Source of the DNA: a virus
Strand: one strand, 5' to 3'
Virus record (IMG/VR): IMGVR_UViG_3300045988_079296
Location: 34,613-98,612 of that record
Length of the DNA: 64,000 bases
In this document: positions 16,914 to 25,459 of the stretch, piece by piece
Numbering within the stretch: the first letter of the stretch is position 1
Layout of the letters: every line of letters begins with the position of its first letter
Notes under the pieces: generated by a model
What the model saw: only the letters and a program-made list of their open reading frames with translations
Databases searched by the model: none
Told to the model about the DNA's origin: nothing
Made by a program: the position numbers and the translations under genes

Positions 16914-18584
16914 TTATAAAAATGTATATTTGAATCCCGTTGTTATCAAATTAGCTCCTAACTTAGCCAACCAGAAGCTGGATGAAATATCATCATGCTC
17001 TCCTACACTCTCCAATCCCTTATCCGTGAACGCCACAGAACCAAGGTCGGAGAATATGAGGTCTTTAACGTTGCGAGAATAGTCATCGCCTACGGGAATG
17101 TGGATTTTGCCACGCTCAAAGTCTATCGCCAAACCTGGCCAACCCGTCTTCAAGTCATACTTATCTATTCCCGTAGTATGTCCCACAACTGGAAGTCCTT
17201 GACGGTCACTCTCTTGTACGAATATTTGTTGGAATGTGTTTTGCTCCAATATCATCGTATCAGGTCTGAACCTTGCGTTGATACCTTTCAACGTCTGCAT
17301 TTGTTCGTTGAAAGTCATTCCCTTTTGGCGGTGGAAATTAAGCAACCATCTTTCTCCCGTCTCGTCATCTACTCCCCATGTACTGAACACGGTGTAGTCG
17401 GCTGCTACGTTAGCGGAGATTGCGAAGTCACAACCCGTTACAACTTTGTTAAACTTAATAGGGAAGTCATCACGATTTCTTACCAATACATAATTTTCCA
17501 TACGGAGTAAAGAACGCTCAAGAACCTTCAACGGGAAGATTGATGCTTCATTCGTAATAGGTCGGCATAAGTTCTCACGGGAAAAGATTATGTTACCTTG
17601 GGTTGACCTCTTATCTAACAAATCGAAGAAGCTCCAACGCTGTGGCCAAAGTATTCGTCCATCGGGAAAGATTGCAGGATATTCAATTACAAACCATCCT
17701 TTCTTGCTCTTCAAATCTCCGTATAAGTCGGCTGCGTGAAATGGAGTTCCAACGACTACTATTTGTCCACCTGGTACAAGCATGTTCATAATTACCGAAT
17801 GGAAATAGTCAATGCTCTTCTGCCTTTGTAGCTGACTGTATATGACGTTATCTTTCAGTCCGTCATCTACGACTATCCAGAAGGGGTGAGCACCACGTAC
17901 AGAGCTTCCAAACCCCTTACACGTCAATCTCGCTCCGTTCTTACATACGATATTCGTACTTGCCCACGCTCCGCTGTTTCTCGTATCGGGGAAAAGACGA
18001 TTGCGAAGAATGTCGTTGCTCTCTATCGTTCCCTTCAAAATCTCCATTAAGTCCACGGACTGCTGGAGTGAGAAGCTAAACAAATACCCACGATTGGAAT
18101 TTGCCTTCGTTGGTCTTGCCGAAAACACATTGCCTCTCGGCTTTGCGTAGGAATAAAGTTTCCAAGCAGCGTATGCGTTGGAGAAGTAGAAAGATTTACC
18201 GTGGTCACGGGCAGCTTCAATACAGAGCTTTCTATGACGGTGCACCAAATCTCCCCATTCCAAATGATGCCAAGATAGTTGGAAGTCTGGAATGACCGAA
18301 GTAATGAAGTATGTAAGGTTTCTTGTCCTTAAAGTTTCCTCAATACTCTCTGAAAGTCTCTCGGTGTACTTCGGGGAAAAGTCTATATCAGTCTTGCCCG
18401 TGTACATAACTTCAAAAGTGTCTCGGATTAAGTTATCAATAACAAAGTCCAAGTCACCCTCCGAACCTTCAAGAAGCTCGTTTATGCCTCTTTCGTCCAA
18501 ACCTTCTATAATTTCATCAACGACATTCAAACATTCCAATCGGTGCATTGGGGTTTGAAGTATCAATCCTGAGTCTGTAATCAT
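16914..18584 (-). CDS. terL: Terminase large subunit
   Basis: 556 aa. Walker A-like AARDHGKSF, Walker B PFWIVVDDG, and a C-terminal RNase-H-like nuclease with acidic residues (VTGCDFAIS, GEHDDISSSFW). Confidence 0.85.
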   Translation of the reverse strand: MITDSGLILQTPMHRLECLNVVDEIIEGLDERGINELLEGSEGDLDFVIDNLIRDTFEVMYTGKTDIDFSPKYTERLSESIEETLRTRNLTYFITSVIPDFQLSWHHLEWGDLVHRHRKLCIEAARDHGKSFYFSNAYAAWKLYSYAKPRGNVFSARPTKANSNRGYLFSFSLQQSVDLMEILKGTIESNDILRNRLFPDTRNSGAWASTNIVCKNGARLTCKGFGSSVRGAHPFWIVVDDGLKDNVIYSQLQRQKSIDYFHSVIMNMLVPGGQIVVVGTPFHAADLYGDLKSKKGWFVIEYPAIFPDGRILWPQRWSFFDLLDKRSTQGNIIFSRENLCRPITNEASIFPLKVLERSLLRMENYVLVRNRDDFPIKFNKVVTGCDFAISANVAADYTVFSTWGVDDETGERWLLNFHRQKGMTFNEQMQTLKGINARFRPDTMILEQNTFQQIFVQESDRQGLPVVGHTTGIDKYDLKTGWPGLAIDFERGKIHIPVGDDYSRNVKDLIFSDLGSVAFTDKGLESVGEHDDISSSFWLAKLGANLITTGFKYTFL

Positions 18585-18597
18585 ACCAAACGTCTTT

Positions 18598-18635
18598 AAA
18601 CAGCAAAAGCTAACAAAGATTGCTCCTTGTTAGCT
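18598..18635 (-). terminator. terminator-like hairpin between 18659-19423 and terL
   Basis: Arms agctaacaa (18608-18616) and ttgttagct (18627-18635), 9 bp. Followed by TTTGCTGTTT on the minus strand. Confidence 0.6.
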
Positions 18636-18658
18636 CCCACACTTATATTACCTTGTTG

Positions 18659-19423
18659 TTAGTATTCGATTGTGCCGTCAATATCGGCTTGTAACTTCCT
18701 ATAAAGTTCATCCTTTTCCTCCTTCGTCAAACTATCATCCGAATCAATCGAAGCCTTGTATCGCAAAATGTCGTTATTGAGAATTTTGCACATCGACAAT
18801 ACATCTGTCTTTATGGTATCTCTTTGAGCCTTCTTATTAAAGACAAGACGGAACTCATAATCACCTTTCGTAAACTCCAACAATCCGAATATTTGCAGAG
18901 CGTTCAAAGCGTTCGCTGCCTTCTGATGAGATAACTTCGTAGCCTTACAAAGTTGAGTTCTTGTAAATATGGTATGTTCCGCTTGTTCGATAGGAGTTGA
19001 ACCCGCAAGGATTAACCAAACTTGTTTTGCATTACGCTCGGATTGGATGCGGTTGGTTGCATCTGAAAGAAAGTTTGAGAGATTGTTTTTGTTTGCCGTT
19101 TCTCCTTTCGCATCAAGATAGTCGTCAATTATCTTATCTTCCAATATAACTACTTCCACCCCGTTCTCCTTTGCAGCCGAAGTAGCAATTTGAGCCACAG
19201 TCGGATGGAGACATGCCATAATCAATACTGACTGTTCTCTCGGTGGAACAGGTTTCTTGTATGTTTCCTCTTTAGGTGCTTGCTCTTCAAGTTTCGGAGC
19301 TTCTTCAACCTTCTTCCTCGTTCTCTTTGCAGGAAGTTCACCTGCGGCACGGGCAGCTTCAATTTCTGCCTTCGTTCTCCGTTTACGCTTCGGAGCTTCT
19401 GATTTGTTTTCCAATTCTGACAT
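18659..19423 (-). CDS. DNA-binding protein, small terminase candidate
   Basis: Basic N-terminus KRKRRTKAEIEAARAAGELPAKRTRKK and a wHTH-like LCKATKLSHQKAANALNALQIFGLLEF. Lies immediately upstream of terL, but a terminator-like hairpin lies between them. Confidence 0.35.
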   Translation of the reverse strand: MSELENKSEAPKRKRRTKAEIEAARAAGELPAKRTRKKVEEAPKLEEQAPKEETYKKPVPPREQSVLIMACLHPTVAQIATSAAKENGVEVVILEDKIIDDYLDAKGETANKNNLSNFLSDATNRIQSERNAKQVWLILAGSTPIEQAEHTIFTRTQLCKATKLSHQKAANALNALQIFGLLEFTKGDYEFRLVFNKKAQRDTIKTDVLSMCKILNNDILRYKASIDSDDSLTKEEKDELYRKLQADIDGTIEY

Positions 19424-19454
19424 AGTCTTTACAATTTACGATATTATACTTGTT

Positions 19455-20210
19455 TTATCTCTTAATGTATTTCAAAGTGTGACGTATCAAATAGTCGGCA
19501 GCAACTTGAGGTGTCTCAAATAAGTCCTTAACGCTTACATCTTGCATCAATGAATACTTATTAGGAGCTGGTGAAGGTTCAATATCTTCATCCATATCTT
19601 CATAATAAGCGTTCCAATCAATCCATTTTTGGTTTACAATCTCCAAGTTATACAGAATTGACTTGCCGTCCTCTCCGTAATGCAAGGAGATTATCTTGCC
19701 CTCAACAATACCTCCGTCTTTCAACGCAAATCTCATATCTCCTAAATTGGGGATAATTACTTGTCGTTTTACTTTGACGGCTGGAGAAGAGTGTTGATGC
19801 GCATCCTTGCGTGTGCTTGAGCGTTTTGGCTGAAGGTCGGAACTCTTTGATGCGGGATAACCTTCAAAGTCCTCCGCTTTCCGTTCTCCTACGGGAACAT
19901 AATACGACTTGCGTTCCGCTTTGGCTTCCTCGTGAATAGTCTTAACCAAATACTTAATGTCGGGAATGATTTGGGACTTAACCATGTAACGCTTCCCAGA
20001 CATTTCTCCTTCTTCCTCTACCAAACCTAATTTAGCAAGAGCCTTCATAACGTATGGAGCGTATTTCTTTTCTACTCCTGCGCTTTCAAGAATTTTACCA
20101 ATTGGTCTTTCCTTTACATTTATCCATACGTTCAAGTTGGATACATTTAAAATCTCTTCCAAAGCCAGCTCCAACGCTGCTCTTACTTCATCGACAGTTG
20201 CTCTTGCCAT
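19455..20210 (-). CDS. winged-helix DNA-binding protein-like
   Basis: The tracked ORF starts at TTG 20306 and reads through the conserved leader motif. ATG 20210 (MARATVDEV...) follows that motif directly. IGKILESAGVEKKYAPYVMKALAKLGLVEEEG is wHTH-like. Confidence 0.55.
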   Translation of the reverse strand: MARATVDEVRAALELALEEILNVSNLNVWINVKERPIGKILESAGVEKKYAPYVMKALAKLGLVEEEGEMSGKRYMVKSQIIPDIKYLVKTIHEEAKAERKSYYVPVGERKAEDFEGYPASKSSDLQPKRSSTRKDAHQHSSPAVKVKRQVIIPNLGDMRFALKDGGIVEGKIISLHYGEDGKSILYNLEIVNQKWIDWNAYYEDMDEDIEPSPAPNKYSLMQDVSVKDLFETPQVAADYLIRHTLKYIKR

Positions 20211-20221
20211 AATTATTACTA

Positions 20222-20240
20222 CAATTTGATTTACAATTTT
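20222..20240 (-). promoter_or_regulatory. conserved leader motif (copy 2)
   Basis: Minus strand AAAATTGTAAATCAAATTG, 11 nt before ATG 20210. Confidence 0.45.
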
Positions 20241-20271
20241 GTTAATATACAAATATAAACTTTGGCGACTT

Positions 20272-20946
20272 TTATTTTGGGTTTTTGCCTGCACATCTAA
20301 ACTCAAAGAACTCCTTGCCTTTCGTGCGCTCTCTTACTTCCTTTTCAACGCTCGCTTCTCCCTTCTTACTTCGGAGCTTCTTCATAAACCAACGGAGAAG
20401 GTCTGCGGTTGCTTCTACGTCATTCATAGCACCGTGAGCATCGGTTATCTTCAACTTGGCGTATCGGATTGCATCTGATAATGTAATTTTCTCGTTTCCG
20501 TTTACTCCCCAAGTAAGTTTAGTCAAAGTCATGGTATCAATAAAGTTATCTTGGAGTAATTGCCAAATACTTCCTTTCTTACAGTATTGGAAGGCCCATT
20601 CCAACATACGGTGGTCAAATGATATATTATGTCCTACCGATACCATGCGCCTTGCATCTTCCCATTTCGCCTTCGATTGATATTGTTTCCAAAGCTCATG
20701 AGTAGTACTGATGAACTCCTTGACTGGAATACCGTTCTTTATATCGGACATCGTTACCATGGTCTTATCCAAAGCAGCTTGTTCAATCTTTAGGTCGGCA
20801 TAAGGCTTGACAAATGTCTCGTATCGGTCAAGCTCCTTTAGCGTTGTTCCTTCGAGAATAATACAAGCATATTGAGTGATTGGGTTTTCTTCGGGTTTCA
20901 ATCCTCCCGTCTCGCAGTCGTGAACTATAAAATTACTTGTTATCAT
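20272..20946 (-). CDS. DnaQ-like DEDDh 3'-5' exonuclease (probable proofreading subunit)
   Basis: ExoI VHDCETGG, ExoII VGHNISFDHRML, ExoIII HGAMNDVEATADLL. Confidence 0.8.
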   Translation of the reverse strand: MITSNFIVHDCETGGLKPEENPITQYACIILEGTTLKELDRYETFVKPYADLKIEQAALDKTMVTMSDIKNGIPVKEFISTTHELWKQYQSKAKWEDARRMVSVGHNISFDHRMLEWAFQYCKKGSIWQLLQDNFIDTMTLTKLTWGVNGNEKITLSDAIRYAKLKITDAHGAMNDVEATADLLRWFMKKLRSKKGEASVEKEVRERTKGKEFFEFRCAGKNPK

Positions 20947-20955
20947 ATTACCTTT

Positions 20956-21004
20956 AAATTAAGAATACCGTAAACTTAGTAAATAAACCTTGTTCACGGT
21001 ATTC
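20956..21004 (-). terminator. possible terminator after 21028-21621
   Basis: Arms gaataccgt (20963-20971) and acggtattc (20996-21004), 9 bp, but a 24-nt loop and only a modest T-rich tail (TTAATTT). Confidence 0.4.
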
Positions 21005-21027
21005 GGGGATATGGAAAGATACAAAGA

Positions 21028-21621
21028 TTATTTCGTTTCTTCTCCTTCTACGGGTTGATGTTCGTTATTATCTGCTTCAGACGGTGCTTTATCTGCCTGC
21101 TCCGTGCCTTTCGTTTCTTCCGCAGCTTCTTCCTCGTTCTCTTCAAATTCTGCCTTTAAAACAGTTTGGTAGATGCCGCAATCTTCTTTGTTATCGCAGC
21201 TTTCGCAAGTTTCCTTGTTGAAAGTCATCCCTGGCAATATTACGCCGCTGGGGAACGGTCTCAAATGACCAACATATTTCTCGGCTTCACCCGTCATGTC
21301 TTCCCATGTACGTTGCTTAACTGCTTCGGAACGCCCATGACGCACGCCCTTGGCGTATGCTTCTTTGGCTATTGCGTCAACCTTCTCGCTCAAAAGCTCC
21401 GAACTCTTCTCAATGAGTTGCTCAACTTCCTTCTTTGACCAAGACTTCTTTTCAGCAAACATCTTCGGTTCAATCTCGGTCATGACTTGGTAAACTACGG
21501 CTGCACCTTCGGGGTTGTTACGTCTCTTGTACGTATGTGCGCTGAATTGAAGAGCTTGCCAAATTACTTCTCTCTGTCTCTCGTTGAGCAACATGCTCAA
21601 AATGAATCTTCTTAATTTCAT
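21028..21621 (-). CDS. hypothetical protein with acidic C-terminus
   Basis: 197 aa. C-terminal CESCDNKEDCG motif then an E-rich tail. ATGA overlap with the upstream gene. Confidence 0.6.
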   Translation of the reverse strand: MKLRRFILSMLLNERQREVIWQALQFSAHTYKRRNNPEGAAVVYQVMTEIEPKMFAEKKSWSKKEVEQLIEKSSELLSEKVDAIAKEAYAKGVRHGRSEAVKQRTWEDMTGEAEKYVGHLRPFPSGVILPGMTFNKETCESCDNKEDCGIYQTVLKAEFEENEEEAAEETKGTEQADKAPSEADNNEHQPVEGEETK

Positions 21622-21911
21622 TTCTTTTTGTTTTTATTGTTTAACGTATTGAATATATCCCAACCTGCTGTGTAAACCAAAGTCCACTGACCCTCTTCGT
21701 CCTTTCGTATTACCTTCACATACTTCTTTCGGAACTCCGCTGGCGGTGTATTAACCGTTGGATGTGAAACTTGCTCTTCAAACGGAGCTACTTTTACAAG
21801 CTCACCTTTCTTCCAAGGCTTCAAGAGGTGCTTGTTGTACGAACGCTTTTCAGGCTCTTCGTTTACTACCAAGAACTTTGGTAATGCTTCTTTGCTCGTG
21901 ATTGCTTTCAT
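21618..21911 (-). CDS. hypothetical protein (97 aa)
   Basis: ATG-initiated minus-strand ORF downstream of the HU terminator. Confidence 0.6.
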   Translation of the reverse strand: MKAITSKEALPKFLVVNEEPEKRSYNKHLLKPWKKGELVKVAPFEEQVSHPTVNTPPAEFRKKYVKVIRKDEEGQWTLVYTAGWDIFNTLNNKNKKK

Positions 21912-21951
21912 TATTAATATTGTTTAATCTTCTGGACTTATAAACTTTGGG

Positions 21952-21994
21952 CAAAAAGAAACTGGGCAGGAAGATAAACCTCCAAAACCCAGTT
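21952..21994 (-). terminator. terminator after the HU gene
   Basis: Arms aactggg (21960-21966) and cccagtt (21988-21994). Followed by TCTTTTTG on the minus strand. Confidence 0.5.
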
Positions 21995-22021
21995 CCCAAA
22001 AGCATATTGATGGAGCATGCT

Positions 22022-22327
22022 TTATTTCTTGCCTTTCTTAGCAGCCTTCTTCGGCTGGATGACCTTCTTCACCTTCGTAGAAGCCTTGAAGCCTACGGTG
22101 TGTGATTCGGGGATGTCCAACGCTTCGCCAGTCAACGGGTTGCGTCCTTTACGGGCAGTGAAGATAGAAGGTTTGAACTTACCCAATTCAGGGAAGTTTA
22201 CTTCATCGCCATTTTCTACTACTGCTTCAACAATAATCGGCTGCATTGCGTCAATTACGCTGTTTACTACATCTTGGGTGTGACCCGTCTGTTTTGCAAT
22301 CGCTTGCACTAATTCAAACTTTTTCAT
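22022..22327 (-). CDS. hup: HU/IHF-family DNA-binding protein
   Basis: ELVQAIAKQTGHTQDVVNSVIDAM...GKFKPSIFTARKGRNPLTGEALDIPESHTVGFKAS matches the HU fold signature (R.GRNP.TGE.I.I). Lys-rich C-terminal tail as in Bacteroidota HU. Confidence 0.9.
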   Translation of the reverse strand: MKKFELVQAIAKQTGHTQDVVNSVIDAMQPIIVEAVVENGDEVNFPELGKFKPSIFTARKGRNPLTGEALDIPESHTVGFKASTKVKKVIQPKKAAKKGKK

Positions 22328-22379
22328 CTTTACAATTTGTTAATTAAACAATATTCAAAACACTTTATAGTTGTTCTTT

Positions 22380-22823
22380 CTATACTTCGATAACGTTGAG
22401 TCCATTTTCTTTAAGGACTTCAAGCAATTTCTCCATTTTCTCGTCTCTTGCTTCCTCCGTCATAAACCAAAAGGATATATTGGTTTTCGTGATAAACTGA
22501 CCAGGCGTTAAGTCCTTGTTTATGGTTATACCGAACTCCCAGTGAGCCTTCGGTTTTTCCACAAAACGCATATCATACTCCATGGTATGGAAGTCATAAG
22601 CTGATATGGTTACTCCGAACTCTTTGAAGTGCAGAACGGTCTTGGAAAGCCGTTTCTTTTCTTCCTCTCCATTGTCCCAATCATCGTCTTGACCTTCGGC
22701 TTCCTCTTCTTCCTCGTCCTCATCAATATCGCCAATTAAACCTTTCTTTGGTTTAGCAGCGTGTTTACGGGTAAACTTTGGTTTTCCGCTATCTTCGGGA
22801 ATTTGACTCAATCGTACTTTCAT
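22380..22823 (-). CDS. hypothetical protein with acidic insert
   Basis: ATG 22823 forms an ATGA overlap with the upstream stop; the tracked start is 22835. Contains DEDEEEEEAEGQDDDWDNGEEE. Confidence 0.6.
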   Translation of the reverse strand: MKVRLSQIPEDSGKPKFTRKHAAKPKKGLIGDIDEDEEEEEAEGQDDDWDNGEEEKKRLSKTVLHFKEFGVTISAYDFHTMEYDMRFVEKPKAHWEFGITINKDLTPGQFITKTNISFWFMTEEARDEKMEKLLEVLKENGLNVIEV

Positions 22824-23011
22824 TTGTCTAACCAATTTTTGAATTTCTTACTCTTCTTGGAATATAAAACTATTAAAGCCATGATGAACAAAAACAAATA
22901 GGTTGATAATAAAACCCAACCTGCATCGTTTGTCATCAAATATACGATTGTATTGCTTAATAGCCAAATTAAAGCATAGCAATTTACAAACTTATCTCTA
23001 TTTGTTTTCAT
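22820..23011 (-). CDS. small membrane protein (2 TM)
   Basis: 63 aa with two hydrophobic helices (YALIWLLSNTIVYLM, WVLLSTYLFLFIMALIVLY). Confidence 0.6.
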   Translation of the reverse strand: MKTNRDKFVNCYALIWLLSNTIVYLMTNDAGWVLLSTYLFLFIMALIVLYSKKSKKFKNWLDK

Positions 23012-23577
23012 AACAATCCTTGTTCTCTAAATTCTGATAAAACATTATTTTGAGCTCTTATGAACTCTGTTGACATCGCCCATGCTTCTTCGCTTAACAT
23101 TCTTATGCCTGCTCCGTAGAAGTCCCAAAAGTATGTATCAATGGCGGTCTGAACTCCGTACACTTCATAGTTCACATTCTCTCGTCTCAGCGGTATCGTT
23201 ACCATGATATTGTAATCGGAGATATGAACTGTTAAACCTTGTATGCTTCCTTCTCCGATAACTTTAACAAATTTAATTGTATGCTGAAACTCTCGTCCAT
23301 TAAGTTTATCTACAAAACAACGACTTCTCGCAGAAAGCTCCGAAGAAGTTAAACCGCCCGTTCCTGCTTTGTTTGGGTCGGGTAACATTTCTACTATCGT
23401 TTGTACCATAATCTGGGATAGTAGGACTTTGCGACTTCCAAACAATTTGTCATTCAAATATCCTATTTTGGTAAGAGCCGCTGAAAGTTCTCTCTTCAAA
23501 CTGCGTCTTTCATTTCTGAAGTTCTCAAGTTCGTCTCGGAGAACCCACCGTGCTATTCGTTTTACAATTTTCTTCAT
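23008..23577 (-). CDS. hypothetical protein
   Basis: The tracked ORF begins at GTG 23634. The first ATG is 23577 (MKKIVKRIARW...). Confidence 0.6.
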   Translation of the reverse strand: MKKIVKRIARWVLRDELENFRNERRSLKRELSAALTKIGYLNDKLFGSRKVLLSQIMVQTIVEMLPDPNKAGTGGLTSSELSARSRCFVDKLNGREFQHTIKFVKVIGEGSIQGLTVHISDYNIMVTIPLRRENVNYEVYGVQTAIDTYFWDFYGAGIRMLSEEAWAMSTEFIRAQNNVLSEFREQGLL

Positions 23578-23765
23578 AACGTTCAATCTATATCTGGGAA
23601 TAAAAAAAACTGAGGTGAATAACTTTGACGTCACTCACCCCCTTATATACCAAGAAAAGTGCCCAAAAGAAGTATATTCAATTCTTTTATGGTTTAAATC
23701 TTGATATGCCCTTACGTACATATGCGCTCGCTACGCTCGCAATAAAACCCCCTTAAAACAACCCC

Positions 23766-23937
23766 CTATTTGCCAATGTTCTCTTGTAGCTTCGCCAAAT
23801 CTGATTGGAACTTAATTAATCCGTCTTTGAGAACGGGAATTGGGTGACTGGTGTAGTTCGGCTCTCTTCCTTCGATAATGTCTTGAAGGACTTTGATGTC
23901 TCTTTTCCAGTTGTTTGATTTGTTTCGTTTTGTCCAT
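23766..23937 (-). pseudogene. small coiled-coil protein gene interrupted by an apparent +1 frameshift
   Basis: ATG 23937 gives MDKTKQIKQLEK, then junk. The next frame is open for 65 codons with no usable start (...WKRDIKVLQDIIEGREPNYTSHPIPVLKDGLIKFQSDLAKLQENIGK*, TAG at 23768-23766). Removing one A from the A4 run (plus T4 23903-23906) joins them into a 56-aa ORF. Confidence 0.45.
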
Positions 23938-24022
23938 AACTTCGATATTTGCTTGCTACAAGATTATCATACCGTGTGAAGGTCTTTTATCCTCCCTTAT
24001 CGGTTAATCGTCAGCAAAGTGG

Positions 24023-24271
24023 TTAAACAATTTGTATTTCGTATCTTTTAGCCAGTTTCGCTCTTGCTTTAAATATCCGCTCCCGTCTATTCATTGCATA
24101 GCTGATTTGACTCTCTATCGTTCCGTCAATCCAACAAGCTCCCTTGAGGATATTTTCACGGTCTTTAGGTTTGAAGCTGTTCGCTCTTGCTACCAATCCC
24201 AAGAAGCGTTCTTGCTTCGTTATCTCCCATGACATCTTCTTGATAACCTTTTCAGCCGTTTCAATCTTCAT
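24023..24271 (-). CDS. hypothetical protein (82 aa)
   Basis: ATG-initiated minus-strand ORF. Last gene before the 445-bp non-coding region. Confidence 0.6.
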   Translation of the reverse strand: MKIETAEKVIKKMSWEITKQERFLGLVARANSFKPKDRENILKGACWIDGTIESQISYAMNRRERIFKARAKLAKRYEIQIV

Positions 24272-24410
24272 CCTCTTCTATTTTGTTTAATTTCTTCCGA
24301 AGAGTAGAATTGTAAAAAGCAATCCTTTTCATCTTTACGGTGCTTTTGAGAAAACTCCAGCATTTACCTTGTCGTTTAGCTATTTTTGCTTTTTTGTTTT
24401 CGCTCGCCAT
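24261..24410 (-). CDS. small basic protein (49 aa, below the track cutoff)
   Basis: Own translation: MASENKKAKIAKRQGKCWSFLKSTVKMKRIAFYNSTLRKKLNKIEEDED*. The ATG is 4 nt after the upstream TAA. Overlaps the next start by 11 nt. Confidence 0.45.
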   Translation of the reverse strand: MASENKKAKIAKRQGKCWSFLKSTVKMKRIAFYNSTLRKKLNKIEEDED

Positions 24411-24414
24411 AATA

Positions 24415-24612
24415 TTATCCCCAAATTACATAATTAAGAAAATCTACAACTCCATCCCACCAATCGAAGAATGGGAACATAACGTATCTGATGAACAACC
24501 AAGATAACGTTCCGTAGGTTATGCACTGCCAAATCTTTCTATACTTCGGTTTAAGAACCTTCTTTCCAAACCGTCCGTCAATTGCGTATAATACTTTCAT
24601 AATCGTTTTCAT
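24415..24612 (-). CDS. small membrane protein (65 aa)
   Basis: ATG 24612 forms an ATGA overlap with the upstream stop (MKTIMKVLYAIDGRF...WLFIRYVMFPFFDWW). The longer tracked ORF 24415-24756 overlaps the upstream gene out of frame. Confidence 0.55.
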   Translation of the reverse strand: MKTIMKVLYAIDGRFGKKVLKPKYRKIWQCITYGTLSWLFIRYVMFPFFDWWDGVVDFLNYVIWG

Positions 24613-24797
24613 GACAATTCTGAATTGATAATCTTTTGCGTTTCTCTCTTCTCTATCTTCCTCACAATCTTGCGAAGAATTTTTCTGTACTTCGTTCTTC
24701 CTCTCCGAACTCCTTTGCATTGACCTTTCCAGTCGCATAGTTCTATGAAGTCCCAACCGAAGTGAACTGAAATTTGTTTATAATTCCTTCTTTTCAT
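24609..24797 (-). CDS. small basic Cys-containing protein (62 aa)
   Basis: ATG 24797 forms a TAATG overlap with the upstream stop (MKRRNYKQISVHFGWDFIELCDWKGQCKGVRRG...). Shares a GQCKG motif and a 14-nt DNA match with the shifted frame of 24988-25339. Confidence 0.55.
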   Translation of the reverse strand: MKRRNYKQISVHFGWDFIELCDWKGQCKGVRRGRTKYRKILRKIVRKIEKRETQKIINSELS

Positions 24798-24982
24798 TAT
24801 TTCTTGAGCTTTGAGATAATTAACGTTGTTAACAAAATTCCTACCAAACAAGCAACTCCGATTAAAGAGCATTTCAGATTGAACTCAAAGAAAGCTCCGA
24901 TACTTCCCCAAATGAACTTGATGTAGAAGTAGCTCCCTAATAGAGCTACCAAAACTATGATTGCTAAACTTCTTCCTTTCAT
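24797..24982 (-). CDS. small membrane protein (61 aa, 2 TM)
   Basis: MKGRSLAIIVLVALLGSYFYIKFIWGSIGAFFEFNLKCSLIGVACLVGILLTTLIISKLKK. ATG 24982 lies 5 nt after the TAA that closes the shifted frame of the upstream gene. The track fuses it into a 180-aa ORF. Confidence 0.55.
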   Translation of the reverse strand: MKGRSLAIIVLVALLGSYFYIKFIWGSIGAFFEFNLKCSLIGVACLVGILLTTLIISKLKK

Positions 24983-24987
24983 GACGC

Positions 24988-25339
24988 TTATTTCTTGTAA
25001 ATGAATATATACCCGTCTTTGCCTTTGCATTGACCGCTTTCGCAAGATACGAACTCCACTGAATAAATCTCGGTTGCGGCTTCCAACGTTTTTGCGTTCG
25101 TCACTTACAGCCCATTCGTCTATCAATTTCACATCGGTCTTAACTGAACGTCCAGTTGTGTATCGGTTTTCTGACCTTGTTCCTTCTATCCCGTACCAAT
25201 CTACAAGCTGTTTTGCGTAGTTCCAAATTGCATCACCCTTCTTTGTAGGTGCTCCGAAGTCACATGCGTCTCCATAAATTTTAACGCTTCTCTTTGTAAT
25301 TTCTTCTACGGCTTTGTAGCCTTCTCTGTAAACTGCCAT
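24988..25339 (-). pseudogene. hypothetical protein gene with apparent +1 frameshift at an A5 run
   Basis: Frame 0 reads MAVYREGY...EWAVSDERKN. After the A5 run (plus T5 25089-25093) the +1 frame reads ...TLEAATEIYSVEFVSCESGQCKGKDGYIFIYKK* (TAA at 24990-24988). That frame carries the same GQCKG motif as the neighbouring paralog, while frame 0 gives low-quality sequence (RKRSMQRQRRVYIHLQEISV). Confidence 0.5.
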
Positions 25340-25364
25340 ATCTTTGTATTTTTAATGTTTCTGT

Positions 25365-25399
25365 TACAAAGGTAAGGACTATTTTCCAAACGGCAAAAA
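25365..25399 (-). promoter_or_regulatory. Bacteroidota sigma-A-type promoter P3 for the 24415-25339 small-gene operon
   Basis: Minus strand reads TTTGCCGTTTGGAAAATAGTCCTTACCTTTGTA. The -7 box is at 25374-25367 and the -33 TTTG at 25397-25394. Its 33-nt core is identical to P5. Confidence 0.75.
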
Positions 25400-25434
25400 G
25401 AAAAGCGAAGAATTTTGGTAAAAACTTCGCTTTT
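25394..25434 (-). terminator. Rho-independent terminator after 25460-25885 (abuts promoter P3)
   Basis: Arms aaagcgaag (25402-25410) and cttcgcttt (25425-25433). Followed by TCTTTTTG, which overlaps the P3 -33 element. Confidence 0.7.
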
Positions 25435-25459
25435 TAACGTTTTGGCGGTATTTATTAAC

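Noticed and set aside
23578-24022. tRNA or other structured RNA gene in the two long intergenic regions (also 62692-63026)
   Set aside because: I found no acceptor-stem/T-loop (GGTTCRANYC) arrangement and no cloverleaf-compatible pairing on either strand. This was by eye only, so a tRNAscan/Infernal run is still advisable.
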